A stretch of DNA of 64,000 nucleotides from Octopus bimaculoides. Taxonomy: Eukaryota. The translations under genes were made by a program, and so were the position numbers. Positions 1-12,888 of this stretch are shown piece by piece (positions within the stretch are counted from its first letter, which is position 1; every line of letters begins with the position of its first letter). Where the stretch lies: positions 86,716,427 to 86,780,426 of the forward strand of contig NC_068985.1 of the NCBI RefSeq assembly GCF_001194135.2, given 5' to 3'. The notes below the pieces were generated by a model. The model saw only the letters and a list, made by a program, of their open reading frames with translations. It ran no database searches and had not been told where the DNA came from.

Positions 1-284
1 TACAGTATCGAAATGTGATTGTTTCAGTTAGTGGAATAGTTTCATTTTTAAAGTGAAAGTATTTGACATGAGTGTTTTTGTTTCACTTTTGACACGTAAT
101 ACTTAAATAGTGGAGGAGATATTATGTTGCCGTGGGATCGAACTCTGCAAAAAGTTAAAAACTTTTTTTGACTAAAACACAACTGGAACCCTAAGTAAGG
201 CATGTGTAAAATTTGAATGAAATTGGTTGCGTAGTTCTCGAGTTTTAGGGATTCACACACACACACAGACAGACAGACAAACAT

Positions 285-315
<31 letters not shown>

Positions 316-341
316 CACATTCTCATTTTTATATATATAGA
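1..341 (-). mobile_element. 5' end of a non-autonomous Helitron-like element (Lep1/DINE-1-like architecture)
   Basis: The minus strand starts A|TCTATATATATAAAAATGAGAATG at 341, followed by a (TGTC)n microsatellite and a CAACCAATTTCATTCAAATTTT core. A 5' TC after a host A plus an internal microsatellite is typical of these elements. The 3' end is outside the window. Confidence 0.6.
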
Positions 342-504
342 TAACACTAATAGTTTATAAAACTTGTTGTTTAGGAGCAGTTCTTGTTACTGGTTGAGTT
401 GATGAAAGAAAATATGAAGAAATAACTGATCAACACCTGAGGCTATTTGATGGAAATGGTCTCATTACTACTCACAAAGACAGGAGCATTGCATTCTTAT
501 AGAT

Positions 505-750
505 ACGTGGCACTCTGTCGGTTATGACGACAAGGATTCCAGTTGATCCGATCAGTGGAACAGCCTGCTCGTGAAATTAACGTGTAAATGGCTGAGCATT
601 CCACAGACACTTGTACCCTTAACACAGTTCTTGGGGAGATTCAGCGTGACACAGAGAGTTACAGGGTTGGCCCTTTGAAATACAGGTACAACTGAAACAG
701 AAAGAAAGCGTGAGAGAAGGTTGTGGTGAAAGAGTACAGCAGGGTTCGCC
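505..750 (-). mobile_element. SINE family D body
   Basis: Reverse complement of the GTACCTGTATTTCAAAGGG...CACGAGCAGGCTGTTCC...GGATCAACTGG body also seen at 14770-15060 (+) and 53330-53620 (-). Confidence 0.8.
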
Positions 751-1570
751 CCCGGCCTCTACCGGAGCCTCATGGTGCCTTACGTGTTTTCACTCAAGGA
801 AGGCAAAGCTTACATTAAAATAATGATGATGATGTTTAGACTGGTGATTCTGTTCTGATGCCTTATATAAACTTGATCCTTATGGAGAATCTTATAAACA
901 TAATACTTTTGTAAGGTTCAATGCATCGTTTATTTGTATATAACATGTTCTTTCAGTTACTCTCTGTCCCCTTTGTCCTGCTTTTCCAATGGGTTGTGGT
1001 GCATCTGGTAGAACTCAATACAAAATATAGTGTGTATGTGTGTGTCCGTTCGTCCAATTTATAAATGTACAGACATACACATATGTACATGCAAAGACAT
1101 GCCATCTCTCTGTCACACACACACACACACACACGCACGCACATGCGCACGCACACGCATATCAAACTTTGCTCAAAATTATAATTACCACATAAAATAT
1201 TACAAGCCTCAATAAATTCTGTCTTATAATTAAACATAATCTGGCACTTACAAGCCAATTATGTATTTGCAATAAAATCTGACATCTTTACAAGTGCTTC
1301 ATTAATTAAATTTATTTAATAGCTTCTTTAATTAGCCTCTTTGTTAGTATTAAACTTTAGTTTCTATATTTATATATGAGTCTCTTACTGTCTCTCTCTC
1401 TCTCCATCTCTCTCTCTCTCTCTCTCTTTCCCAGTGAACTTCTGACATTCATGTATGTAATATAAATGTTAAGGTTTTTTAATGAGCCTTTATCTATTTC
1501 TGTTCCTTGTTCATATTTACAATGAGTAACAAGATTTGAAATAATTTACACAAGTGATACACACACACAC

Positions 1571-1611
<41 letters not shown>

Positions 1612-1889
1612 CATGCACGCGCACACACACACACAGAGCAAAAGATGGTTGTCAAAAGCTTAAAGTTTTATAATCTAACTAAATGTATATTACAACTTAT
1701 TTCTGTTGACTGGTCAAGATGTGCATAATTGTACACAGACTGAATAAAGTTTAATTCCAGTTGAAAGTAGCTGTATTTAATTCCAAGTTAGCTTTAAGTG
1801 AGCAGACCTTAGATAAAAGACATTCTAACCATGACCCTCCAGTTAATTCAGGTATAGTTCGTCTTAGACAAGATTATTCAATATCATTA

Positions 1890-2085
1890 ATGTTTTTTCC
1901 AGTCCAATAACATTTAACCATATCTCCCTCCTCATTTTAATGTCCATTTTTTCCCATACTTGCAAAGCTCTGACAGAATTTATTGAGGTTAATTTTCTAC
2001 AATGGGACGCTCTTCCTGTCACTTCCCTTCGTCTGTTTTCAAACAAGGTAAGATTTCCACAGGCCTGACATGTTTCCTTGGATGA
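1890..2085 (-). mobile_element. Short retroposon family E fragment
   Basis: Decayed TTTAATGTCCATTTTTCCCAT...GGGACGCTCTTCCTGTC tail, similar to family C/E tails elsewhere in the window. Confidence 0.5.
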
Positions 2086-2140
2086 TTAAAAAATACATGG
2101 TACCACTTCTATGACGTTTGCCCACCATTTCCCCAAACAT

Positions 2141-2175
<35 letters not shown>

Positions 2176-2179
2176 TACT

Positions 2180-2310
2180 TGATGGATTTCTTTCAGTTTT
2201 CATTTACTAAATCCACTCACAAAAGGCTTTGTTTGACCTAAGGTTTGCTCAATATACCATGCACTAGGATAGAACCCAAAACCATGTGGAAGTAGTGCCT
2301 TTCTTAACCT
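2180..2310 (-). mobile_element. SINE family A head fragment
   Basis: TTTCAGTTT...AAATCCACTCACAAAAGGCTTTG...GAACCCAAAACCATGTGG is the reverse complement of the family A head. Confidence 0.7.
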
Positions 2311-2509
2311 CAATCACCATATTTTCTAAGTCATTTTATCTTGGCAAGAATATTAAATAAACCCTCGATGTCTATTTGAAAGCTAAACAATATCTGAAGA
2401 ACTTTTCTAATGACATCATAAACTAATATCTCTAAAGCTGTACTCTGAGTTTTAGTTTAAGCTTTCCCTGTCAAGTAATTTACAACAATGAAGTATTGGT
2501 GTTCACATG

Positions 2510-2620
2510 CAGTTGTGGACTGGCCAGGTTGCCAGCTTGCCTGATGGCAAGTGGGCCCCTGCACCTTTAGAATCCATATGTGGGGGCCCATGTTAGTATT
2601 TAAGAGGCCCATCCCCTCAA
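2510..2620 (+). mobile_element. Possible hAT-type MITE terminus
   Basis: CAGTTGTGGACTGGCC start, an internal CTTGCC-TGAT-GGCAAG hairpin and repeated GGGCCC motifs. No partner TIR found. Confidence 0.3.
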
Positions 2621-2749
2621 GTTGGAGAATTTTTTTATTCACTCCTGGAAGAATGTATTAATTATTTCAGCCTGGCTGTGTTTGTACACAGTTGAAAAAA
2701 ATACTTTTAACAAAAAAAAAAAAAAGAAAAGATTAAATGATTGCATTAT

Positions 2750-3730
2750 AGTTGCAAGGTCGGGAGAATAAGGTGGATGATGGATTTTTTCCCAACCAAG
2801 CTCTTCGATCTTCTCTGATGTGATTGTTGCAGTTTGGGGTCACGTATTGTCCTGATGAAATATTACTCCTTTTCGATTCACTAAAGCGGGTCTTTTTTTC
2901 TTCAGAGCTTGGTTCAAATATTCTAATTGCTAACAGTAGACTTGAGCATTGATGGTTGCATTAGGTGGTAACAATTCAAAGTGAATTACTCCTTTGCAAT
3001 CCCACCAGATTGAGAGAAGAAACTTTTTCCCATGAAATTCCCTTCTTGATTGTGGTTGAGTTTTCTCCCTTTTACCAAGCCACTGTTTATGATGTTTAAC
3101 ATTTCGATAGAAGATCCATTTTTCATCACAAGTCTATCCAAAAAGGGTGAAATGAGTTCATGAGAATGGAGAGAAGAGCAGATGTCAACTCGGGATTTGT
3201 GGTTGCTTTCGGACAATTCATGTGGCACCCATTTTTCAAGTTTAGGAAGCTTTACAAGTTGTTGAAGATGACGATGAACAGTTGTATGGTTTGAACTAAG
3301 CTTTATTTTCAATTCTTCCACTTATAATGCAGGATTTTCTTCAAGTAATGCCTCAAGGAGCTTATCATCAAACTCAACTGGACTTCCTGTTCGATCTTCA
3401 CCTTGAAGGCTGAAATCTCCACTTCTGAATTTTGNNNNNNNNNNCCCATAAACTGAGTGTATGTTTCGAGTCGCTTCGGCTGCAGAGTTTCCTTTTTTGT
3501 ACTCATAAAGCAATACGTGCCTCAAATATTCTTTGGATACTTCCATGTTAGAAAGGGTTTTAATCAAAGAAATTTTAATTCTATTATTCTGCAAAATAAT
3601 ATTTAATTAGTTTAAATGTACTCAAATGCATAAAAATAATCTTTAATTCCATTAGACATTCTAAAATAATATCAAATTCCATTCAATTTTAAAAAAGGTA
3701 AAATCGGACAAAACTTATGGGATGACCTGA
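2750..3730 (-). mobile_element. Mariner-family DNA transposon, 3'-truncated, inactive transposase
   Basis: Minus-strand peptides EYLRHVLLYEYKKGNSAAEATRNI, KWVPHELSE and HPPYSPDLA (mariner WVPHEL and YSPDL motifs). TIR ...AACTTATGGGATGACCTGA is followed by TA at 3731-3732. Frameshifted. Confidence 0.9.
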
Positions 3731-3919
3731 TATATAAGAATATGTGAAAAGTGATTCTAGTTCTAGGTATCCAGTTTCTCTTTTTTCTTGCCTGTACTTA
3801 GGACTGACTGCTTAGTAGAATGTATCCTTCATTTTGGAAGGCAGTATCACTTGCATTATAGTTAAATTTGGCTGCTATTTCTTTCCATTTAAATTACCAT
3901 ATAGAGACTTTCCCACAGG

Positions 3920-4210
3920 ATCATCATCATCATCATCATCACCTAACGCCTGTTTTTCTTGCTGGTTTGGGTTGGAGAGTTTGACAGAAGCTGGAAAGGC
4001 CTTGGGCTGTATCATGCTCCAGTCATCTATTTTGGAAGGGTCTCAATGGCTCGATGCCCTTTCTAATGCCAACCAGTTTACAGAGTGTACTGGGTGCTTT
4101 TTTTATATGGCACCAGCACTAATGCTTTTTATGTGACTCGAACCCCAATGCATTTTACATAGCACCAGCACCAGAGTCTTTTATGTGGTGCCAGTACGGT
4201 CTATGACTTT
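3920..4210 (-). mobile_element. Retroposon family C (RTE-type 3' end, (GAT)n tail) with internal short tandem repeats
   Basis: (CAT)n, then CTAACGCCTGTTTTTCTTGCTGG...GATGCCCTTTCTAATGCCAACCA...GGGTGCTTTT, then several TTTTATRTGGCACCAGCAC-like units. Confidence 0.8.
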
Positions 4211-5450
4211 TCTCACGCTGTTTGCCTATGGAATTATCCACCACCTCCACCACCACCACCAACAACAACAATCTTGAATTCAGCTTGACTAACAACCCCC
4301 TCCCCCCAACACACCCCGAATCACTGTTGTTGTTTGTGCATTTCTATTAATACTTCAGCCACTTGTTGTAAGTTAACATTAACAAGTAGAAACTTAAACC
4401 AATATTTATTTGTAAACTTACATTCTATGTTGATTATGAAATCAACCATTTTCTCTCCTAAAACACAAATAAAGAAATAGAAGAAAATACCTCAAAGTTA
4501 TCTTGAAGTAATCTCTTTCTTATCAACTTGGACAAAAGATTTCAATTCTACTTCAAAATACTGAAAATCTTAAGTAAAGAAAAAGAAAAAGAAAAAAAAC
4601 TTTCGGTAGCTACAAGATATTGTATTAAAATTCTAAGCTACAAATACAATTTAGCCAAATCCATTATTCTCATAAATCATAACTGTCAAGATTTACTCAG
4701 TCTTTGAAATAGCAAACCCCCTTGAGATAGAAATTCTTTCCATGAACTGCAACTGCATTTTAGAGAGAGATAGATAATCAGCTAAAGGCATTAATATCTT
4801 TACGCTAATTTATGCTCATGCCGGCTTGTCATTAATCACAAATATTTTAGAAGCCTTTAGATGTCAACAACGTTTTTTTTTCTTTCTTTCTTCCTCAGTA
4901 TATTTTTAAATCTACTTTTTCAGCATAGATCTGATACATCTACAAATTTAGGCACTTCCTTAGATTTATGGATATTTCTTTCTTGCAGTTTGGGTTTGGT
5001 AGAATTTACTCACTTATTTCTTTTATTTTCAGAATTTGATGTGCTTCCTATTGCCTACTACTTTATTGGAATGGTGTAGGAATGTTTGATATGGTGCAAG
5101 TACTTTGGTATTTTTCCTTCCAGACTAACAGTTCTGTCCACAATCTCTAACTGCTTTATGTCGGAAGCTCCTCACTCCCAGACAAGGCTGCCTTTCCCAT
5201 CATGTAATAGGCAGCTTATTTTGCTATTAATATTACTATTTTTGAAAGCAAGAAGGAATGCCAGTGCGGGAGTTCCAGACAAAATTCCTTACCATGTTTA
5301 TCTAAGTCCTCAATGTGAAATAATGTCTATGTTGATTTTGCCATTTGGTAAATAGCAGAGATGATGGTGAGAATCATCGTAGAATAACACATTAAACTGA
5401 AGTAATTTGTTACCTTTTCCAGGATCAACCATGTATTTCATGTTTCTAGA

Positions 5451-5612
5451 GGTGTGACTGTGTAGTAATAAATTTGCTTCCCAATCACATGGTTATTGGT
5501 TCAGACCCACTGCATGGCACTTTGGATGAGTGTCTTTTACAATAGGCTTAGGTTGATCAAAGCCTAGGAAAACGGATTTGGTAGATGGAAACTGAAAGAA
5601 GCCCATTGTATA
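5451..5612 (+). mobile_element. SINE family A head (tRNA-derived)
   Basis: GGTGTGACTGTGTAGTAA...GGTTCAGACCCACTGCATGGCAC...GATGGAAACTGAAAGAAGCCC, with A/B-box-like motifs. Confidence 0.8.
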
Positions 5613-6289
5613 AACAATTTGTTTTCCTCAAGTTGGACAGATATTACTTAGTCTCACCAGTGTCTTGGTTCTTTGGGACCCTGGAGACATTGATGTTATT
5701 AACCATAAATGGGATATAAGTATAGAAGGGTACCCTCGGTCAAAGGCAACCAGAAGGAGCATAACCCAATGGTGGAACCTCTATGTGGTCACTCAGTTTG
5801 CTACAGAGAACAACCAAATCTTTTATTGTCTTAGAAATAGGAAGGCCATATCAGATATTGTCACAGCTGGACAGAACCCCTTCTAACATAGATCTGCTCA
5901 ATTTGCCATGACCCAGGGCTAAACAGCACCCAGATATGGTAGGAACAGACAGAAGGGATGGATGAAGGCAATGGCTGCTGCAGTCAAACAAGCCAAAATT
6001 AAACATAGTTGCCACTTCTCGTCAGATAATAAATGAGAGTTTTTGGCAGTAAAACTAATTCAGCCCAACTGTTTTTGAAATGTTTTACTGTTTTGAAAAT
6101 CTTTCATTCCAATTCACTATGGAATAAACAAGATTGTTTTCTTTAGGGTTTAGGGAATGCAGGAAAAGTAGGGTTGATGAGCTTGTCCAAGGCATCCATT
6201 ATTGGTGGGGAGGAAGTTGTCTGCTGACAGGAGCTTTAGTCTGAAGACTTGCAGTCTCTGCTCCACCTGACAAAAAAATACAAGCTGTC

Positions 6290-6430
6290 CAAAAGGCTTT
6301 CACACAGTTTCTGTCTATCGACTTTCACTCAAAAGTCTTTAGTCAGTCTGATTCAAGACAGAAAATACTTTCCCAATGTGCACCCAGTAGAATTGAACCT
6401 GCAATAACATGATTGTAAGACAAACTTCCA
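6290..6430 (-). mobile_element. SINE family A head fragment
   Basis: CAGTTTCTGTCTATC...AATTGAACCTGCAATAACATGATTG is the reverse complement of a decayed family A head. Confidence 0.6.
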
Positions 6431-6499
6431 CATACAAACACTACATTCTCTGTTAATCTTCCTACTATTCCACTGCACCTCTTGTGTGTCCATAGCTTG

Positions 6500-7550
6500 C
6501 ATTATGTACGCCAAATAGAATTTCTGCTTACACCCTTCCTACATATTGAGCAGGGCCATTTACCTGTAGGCTGAAGGGTTTTGTTCAATTTGTTGCTTAC
6601 TAGGACCTTGGTCTTTGCTAAGTTAACTTTAAGACCCTTTGACTCCAGGTTCTGTTTCCACACCTGGAATTTCTTTTCTAATTCTGTCATAAATTCTGCT
6701 GCAGGGACCAGGTCATCAGCATACAGTAGTTCCCATTGGCTTCCAATCTTAAATTCTTGGAGGATGACGATGAATAGGAGAGGGGTTGAGAACCATGCCT
6801 TAGTGGACACCTACCTGTACACTAAATTCCTCACTGTACCCATGGCTGACTCTTTACCTGACTAACAACACTCCTGTACGTGGCCTGTACTACTTTCACA
6901 AGCCATTCGCCTAGCCCTACCTTCCTCAGAGACCACCATGTTACAGAATGGTCTACTCAGGTGAAGGCTTTCTCTACATCAACAAATGCCAAGTACAACA
7001 ACTTGTTCTTGGCTGAATACTTCTCTTGCAGTTGCCTCACTATGAAAATAACATCCTTGGTGTTTCTCCCTGGGACAAAGCCAAACTGCATGTCATCTTG
7101 TCTAATTCTGTTCCTAATTAATCAAACTATAAACCTCTTGGCAACTTTCATCATCTGGTCCAGCAATTTGATGCTTCTATAATTATTTTTATCAAAGGTA
7201 GCTCCATTTCCCTTGCAGCAGCTGACAATGATGCTGCTGCTACACCGGTCACTAGGGATTATGCCTTCCTGAGTAACCTGAGTTGCTATGTGGGGGACTA
7301 GGCTGTATCGAACTCCACCAGATATATTAAGCTTCTCTGCAGTAACTCCTGATGGATCAGGGGCTTTCCTTGCCTTTATAAATTTAATTGCCTTATCTAC
7401 CATGCTGCTGTCAACTAGGATAGCTGGTCCCTCTGTTGGGTCCACATAAGGGAGATTCCCTTTACCCCATTCATTCTCCACAGTTCGTAGCCTTTCACTG
7501 TAGCCCTGCCATGCCTCTTTCTTCTCAGGGTCACAAAGAACAAGCATATG
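6500..7550 (-). mobile_element. RTE/RTEX-clade LINE reverse transcriptase remnant
   Basis: ORFs 7122-7547 (KARKAPDPSG, NNYRSIKLLDQMMKV) and 6502-6810 (WELLYADDL catalytic motif, LKVNLAKTKV, GKWPCSICRKGV Cys motif). Stops and frameshifts are present. Confidence 0.92.
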
Positions 7551-9179
7551 TTAAATGGCGATGATAATGATGATGATGCTGACTTGTTGTGCATGGATGT
7601 ATAACTGTCTCAATTCCTCAGATTCCTAGTCTGGCTTCCCAGTTGGTTCTATGACTTATAATTGACTGGGTTCCCAACATTCCTCACTGAACAAGGTGCC
7701 AGTCTGTCACAGAGTTACTGTGGGGTAAGGTGAACTCAAGAGCTTCACACAAGAACATTAAGCATTGCTTTGTCCTGAAATCAAAACTATAATCTGTCCA
7801 TCATAAAAGCAACACCCCTAAGCAACACCATAAAGGCAACACCCCATAACTGTAAAGGTGCTTGACCCTAAAGGTCATGCACCTTCACAGTTATACATGG
7901 CATATTTTAATCAATTTTCTCCCAAAGGGAAACTTTAATAATTTTCCCTTTTAAATTTTATACATTTATAAAAAAAAAAAAAAAAATAAAAGATTGGCAT
8001 TTAAAAAAAAAAATGCTTAAATTAAGCGATATTTTAAATTGTATAAATTGTGGTTGTAGTCATGCTGGAATATTGAGTCAGCTTTATTGAGAATTAGTGA
8101 GGTGTGTAGAAATATAAATACAAAGAAGCTTTATATTTTGGACCAGAGACAACACTAATGGTTAAAAATAATTGATCGATAAGAATAGCCACCATTAGTG
8201 AAGAATGAAAAAAAACAATTGTAACATTGTTGTATAGAAATGTCTTTTACTATCTAACAGCCATATTTCCGTAGTAGAATGGGTGAGATAATTTACAAAA
8301 ATTTGAATATTTATGTGTTGTTAGAGTAATTAATTTTGATAGCTGGGTGCTAACCAGTAGGAGTCAAAATTGCTGTCTTTGAGCTAAGTTTAGCACTGTG
8401 CCAATATACATAATAGAATGGTTGTGTTGAAAGTTTAAATTCAAGAAAATTTTCCCAATTATATAACCATATCATGTGTTCAATAGTTTAACCCTTCACC
8501 TTTACAGCTTTTTTTTTCTCTTCATTTTAAACATTATTTATTCAAAGGAGAAAAGACTATATTTATGATATTTGGTTTTTTTTTATATGGCTGAAAGAGA
8601 AAGAGTTCACACCTCATTTTATTTCTCTAAGTTGATGCCTGCAGAAAACATTCAGAGTTCTAGTCTACTTGAGGTTTCTGGACAAATGTTTGGGCAAAGT
8701 AATGAATAGATGACCTCAGATGTAAGAGTAAGAATAACAAAAGAGAAAAGAAATGAGAAAAGAAGATGCCTTGTGTTTTACGTTATATGTAATTTAGTAG
8801 TTCAGAGGAGTAGAAGCCATCGTAGTAATGTTTAAAGAATCAGAATGAAGGTCACAGCTGTGCGTGATTGGTTGTACGATTTTAAGAAAGACTTTGTCAA
8901 TCAATTGCATGTTTATCATGCATGTGAATTTGATCTGGAAAGTCTTGTATGTATTAGTAGTAGCATAATAGATATATAAGTAGTATGCTAATTTGGATGA
9001 GGCTTAAGATGCGGAAACAAAGAGCAACTGGTCAAATCTGGAAAATATTCTTTCTCTAGAGAGCAACCCTAGTCCTTGGTTAAACAGTTCTGATAATATT
9101 CAACATATAAAGTAACGATGAGAGATCCTCAGGATTTGAGGTCTGAACTGTGGAGACATTGAGGTATGAAGTTGTAATT

Positions 9180-9400
9180 AACCCCAGGATAGTCATGATT
9201 GAATAGACCTTTGATAAAAGACTTTCCAACTGTGACCATCCCATATTTTATAATTATCCCTATTAAGGATTTCATTCTACAATGTGCCCCTTTTTACCAC
9301 CCTAGAGCTTGTTTTTATATGAGAGGCTGATTTAGCTGTAACTTTTTCTTAAAGATTGTTCTTGAGTGATGCAAGGCTTATTTGGCTGCTATTTCTATCA
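9180..9400 (-). mobile_element. Short retroposon family E
   Basis: Reverse complement of the GAAATAGCAGCCAAAT...TAGAATGAAATCC...GGGATGGTCACAGTTGGAA pattern also seen at 9870-10030. Confidence 0.5.
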
Positions 9401-9869
9401 TGGAGATACTGCATCATTAGCCCGTTGTGTTCTGTTTATAATATAAAAATTGAGGACGTAGTGCAAAGCTGATTCTTTGAAATGTTATAACAAGGAGAAC
9501 AAATTGTTGTATTATCAGAAAAGGATGTTTTTTCTGGGCCTGTGTCTATGGAAGCCATGCAAGTTTAATATGTAATGTCGAGGTTGCATGTAGATGACAC
9601 ATGTTTGAAAAGATTAATGAGAAATGAAGTGTGATGGCATCTGTATTGGAATATGTGAACTAAGAAATAACCAGTCATTAATATACAGAAGGAAATGTGT
9701 GGAGAGAGAGAGAGGGAGAGAGAGAGAGAGATAATTAATCATGTGTTATGTCATACATGGTGAAATGTGAGCTGAATATATTCTGGTCAGTATTAAAATA
9801 GCATGGTCAAGCAGGAAACTGCTGGACAGATGGAAGAGACAGAAAACTTTTACAAAAACATTGAGAAAT

Positions 9870-10030
9870 TCTACATTGGGTTACTTGACCTGCCATATAT
9901 AGCAACTAAATCTCCCCAAAATAACATCTAGTCATATTAGGAGAATACATTGGGTAATGTAGTCTTAGATACATGATGACTGAAAGCAAACAGGTAGAAT
10001 AGTCAAGGCTGGAATGGCAATGATGTAGTT
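9870..10030 (+). mobile_element. Short retroposon family E
   Basis: TAGCAACTAAATCTCCCC...CATTGGGTAATGTAGTCTTAGATAC...GGCTGGAATG. Related copies lie near 5780, 51740, 53900 and 54260 (+) and 33490 and 55730 (-). Confidence 0.55.
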
Positions 10031-10258
10031 TTACTGAAGCAGGCTTAATTACTGGGTTTTATAAACAAAATCAATGAACAAACTGGAAGTTTCTCCTGCT
10101 TAAACAAGGCTGAAGCTCGACACAGGTCCCCAATTTGTCAGATCCTGTAGAAGTATCCAACGCATACAGGCACAAAAGACAGGCATTAGATGATGATGAT
10201 GATGATGATGATGATAGCTTCACTTCTTGATGGTACATCCTAATAATAGGAGCAGCAA

Positions 10259-10475
10259 GGGTGGTGAGCTGGAAGAATGGATAGCACACCTGGAAAAAAA
10301 TGCTTAGTGGCATTTTATTCATCTTTACATTCTGTGTTCAAATTCTGCTGAGGTTGACTTTGCATTTCCTGCTTTCAGAGTCAATAAAATAAGTACCACT
10401 TTAATACTGGGGATGATGTAATCGACTTAGCCCCTCCCTTCAAATTATTGGCTTTGTGCCAAAACTTGAAACTAA
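10259..10475 (+). mobile_element. SINE family B (tRNA-derived)
   Basis: GGGTGGTGAGCTGG...AAATGCTTAG...TTCTGTGTTCAAATTCTGCTGAGGTTGACTTTGC...GCTTTGTGCCAAAAC. Confidence 0.85.
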
Positions 10476-10704
10476 TAATTGAGGTAGCATGATAGAAATT
10501 CTTCCCCCTTTTTCACTTATGTCAGTCTGTGAGGATCTTTGTGAAGGCTGGGGGTCATATGGATATGTTTTGTCTTCAAAGGGTTTTCTCTTTGGTTCAT
10601 GTTTTCCCACTCAACAAATCTCATGTAATTTCTGGAAAAGGATTAACAATTCTTAGAATGGTGCAAATGGTGATTTTTAAATTAGTTTCCTTAGAAATAT
10701 CTAG

Positions 10705-10845
10705 GCACAGGTTTGGCTGTGTGGTAAGAAGCCTGCTTTCCAACCACATGGTTCCAGAATCAGTCCCACTACATAACATCTTGAACAAGTGTCTGCTGCT
10801 ATAGTCTCTTTTTAGTGGGTTTGGTAGATGGAAACTGAAAGAAGT
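10705..10845 (+). mobile_element. SINE family A head
   Basis: GGCTGTGTGGTAAGAAGCCTGCTTTCCAACCACATGGTTCC...GATGGAAACTGAAAGAAG. Confidence 0.85.
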
Positions 10846-11160
10846 TCATCATCATCATCGTCGGTTAACGTCTATTTTTCATGCTGGCATGGGCTGGACG
10901 GTTTGACTGAGGTCTGGAGAGCCAGCGGCTGCACCAGGTTCCAATCTGATCTGGCAATGTTTCTACAGCTGGATGCCCTTCCTAATGCCAACCACTCTGA
11001 GGGTGTAGTGGGTGCTTTTTATGTGTCACTGGCATGAGAGTCAGTCAGGTGGGTCTGGCATCGACCACGTTTGGATGGTGCTTTTTACATGCCACTGGCA
11101 TGGGAGCCAGTCAGGGAGTTACTGGTCACAGCTACGATTGTGGTTTTACTTGACTCATCA
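10846..11160 (-). mobile_element. Retroposon family C
   Basis: (CAT)n-CGGTTAACGTC...CTGGATGCCCTTCCTAATGCCAACCACTCTGAG...GGGTGCTTTT, with a duplicated internal unit of about 65 bp. Runs into the N-gap. Confidence 0.85.
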
Positions 11161-11864
11161 TANNNNNNNNNNNNNNNNNNNNNNNNNNNNNNNNNNNNNN
11201 NNNNNNNNNNNNNNNNNNNNNNNNNNNNNNNNNNNNNNNNNNNNNNNNNNNNNNNNNNNNNNNNNNNNNNNNNNNNNNNNNNNNNNNNNNNNNNNNNNNN
11301 NNNNNNNNNNNNNNNNNNNNNNNNNNNNNNNNNNNNNNNNNNNNNNNNNNNNNNNNNNNNNNNNNNNNNNNNNNNNNNNNNNNNNNNNNNNNNNNNNNNN
11401 NNNNNNNNNNNNNNNNNNNNNNNNNNNNNNNNNNNNNNNNNNNNNNNNNNNNNNNNNNNNNNNNNNNNNNNNNNNNNNNNNNNNNNNNNNNNNNNNNNNN
11501 NNNNNNNNNNNNNNNNNNNNNNNNNNNNNNNNNNNNNNNNNNNNNNNNNNNNNNNNNNNNNNNNNNNNNNNNNNNNNNNNNNNNNNNNNNNNNNNNNNNN
11601 NNNNNNNNNNNNNNNNNNNNNNNNNNNNNNNNNNNNNNNNNNNNNNNNNNNNNNNNNNNNNNNNNNNNNNNNNNNNNNNNNNNNNNNNNNNNNNNNNNNN
11701 NNNNNNNNNNNNNNNNNNNNNNNNNNNNNNNNNNNNNNNNNNNNNNNNNNNNNNNNNNNNNNNNNNNNNNNNNNNNNNNNNNNNNNNNNNNNNNNNNNNN
11801 NNNNNNNNNNNNNNNNNNNNNNNNNNNNNNNNNNNNNNNNNNNNNNNNNNNNNNNNNNNNNNNN

Positions 11865-11922
<58 letters not shown>

Positions 11923-12849
11923 ATGCGCATGCATGCGTGTGTCCAGATGTGTTTTTGTGTTGAGAAGTGTGCGTGTATGTATTTGTGAGAATGTGTTGAA
12001 ATTAGTTTAAGAGGACACCTGAGAAGAATGTAGTTTAAACAAGAAATATATACAGAATCTATAATTCTGTTATATTGAACAATATAAATTAATGATTTGT
12101 TGGTTAGTATTGTGTCTTCATTGTTTTGATTATAACATACGAGATATTTGGAATGTGTAGCTTCACCAGAATAAAAGAAACAGACTTATGCGTATCTCAT
12201 ACATTTTAGTTGCTTTCAGAACCACACTGAGGAAAGATAAATATTAAAATGCATCAAAAATGAGGAAATTACCCCGTTACATACATCACTGTTTAAAACA
12301 ACTTGTTTTAATTGGTAATATTAAGCTTAAAATTGAACATTAGTTATTTCTGTTCGTGAAATAAAAATATATTAAACAAGACAAACTCGAATAACCTCTT
12401 ACTTGAAGGAATAAGGAAATACTTAAATTGGTTAGTCACCAACACTGTCAGGCATATTACTTATGTGTATGTGTGTTTTTATGTGTACATGCATGTGTGT
12501 GTGTGTGTGTGTGTGCAATATATATGCATATGTTATATATGTATATGTATATATATGTAAGTATGTATGNNNNNNNNNNNNNNNNNNNNNNNNNNNNNNN
12601 NNNNNNNNNNNNNNNNNNNNNNNNNNNNNNNNNNNNNNNNNNNNNNNNNNNNNNNNNNNNNNNNNNNNNNNNNNNNNNNNNNNNNNNNNNNNNNNNNNNN
12701 NNNNNNNNNNNNNNNNNNNNNNNNNNNNNNNNNNNNNNNNNNNNNNNNNNNNNNNNNNNNNNNNNNNNNNNNNNNNNNNNNNNNNNNNNNNNNNNNNNNN
12801 NNNNNNNNNNNNNNNNNNNNNNNNNNNNNNNNNNNNNNNNNNNNNNNNN

Positions 12850-12884
<35 letters not shown>

Positions 12885-12888
<4 letters not shown>

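Noticed and set aside
1960-2055. Plus-strand exon candidate ending AAG|GTAAGA
   Set aside because: It lies inside a recurring retroposon fragment.
5000-5400. Possible decayed LINE on the minus strand (also 8060-8450 and 44830-45300)
   Set aside because: No motif was clear enough to support a family call without an alignment.
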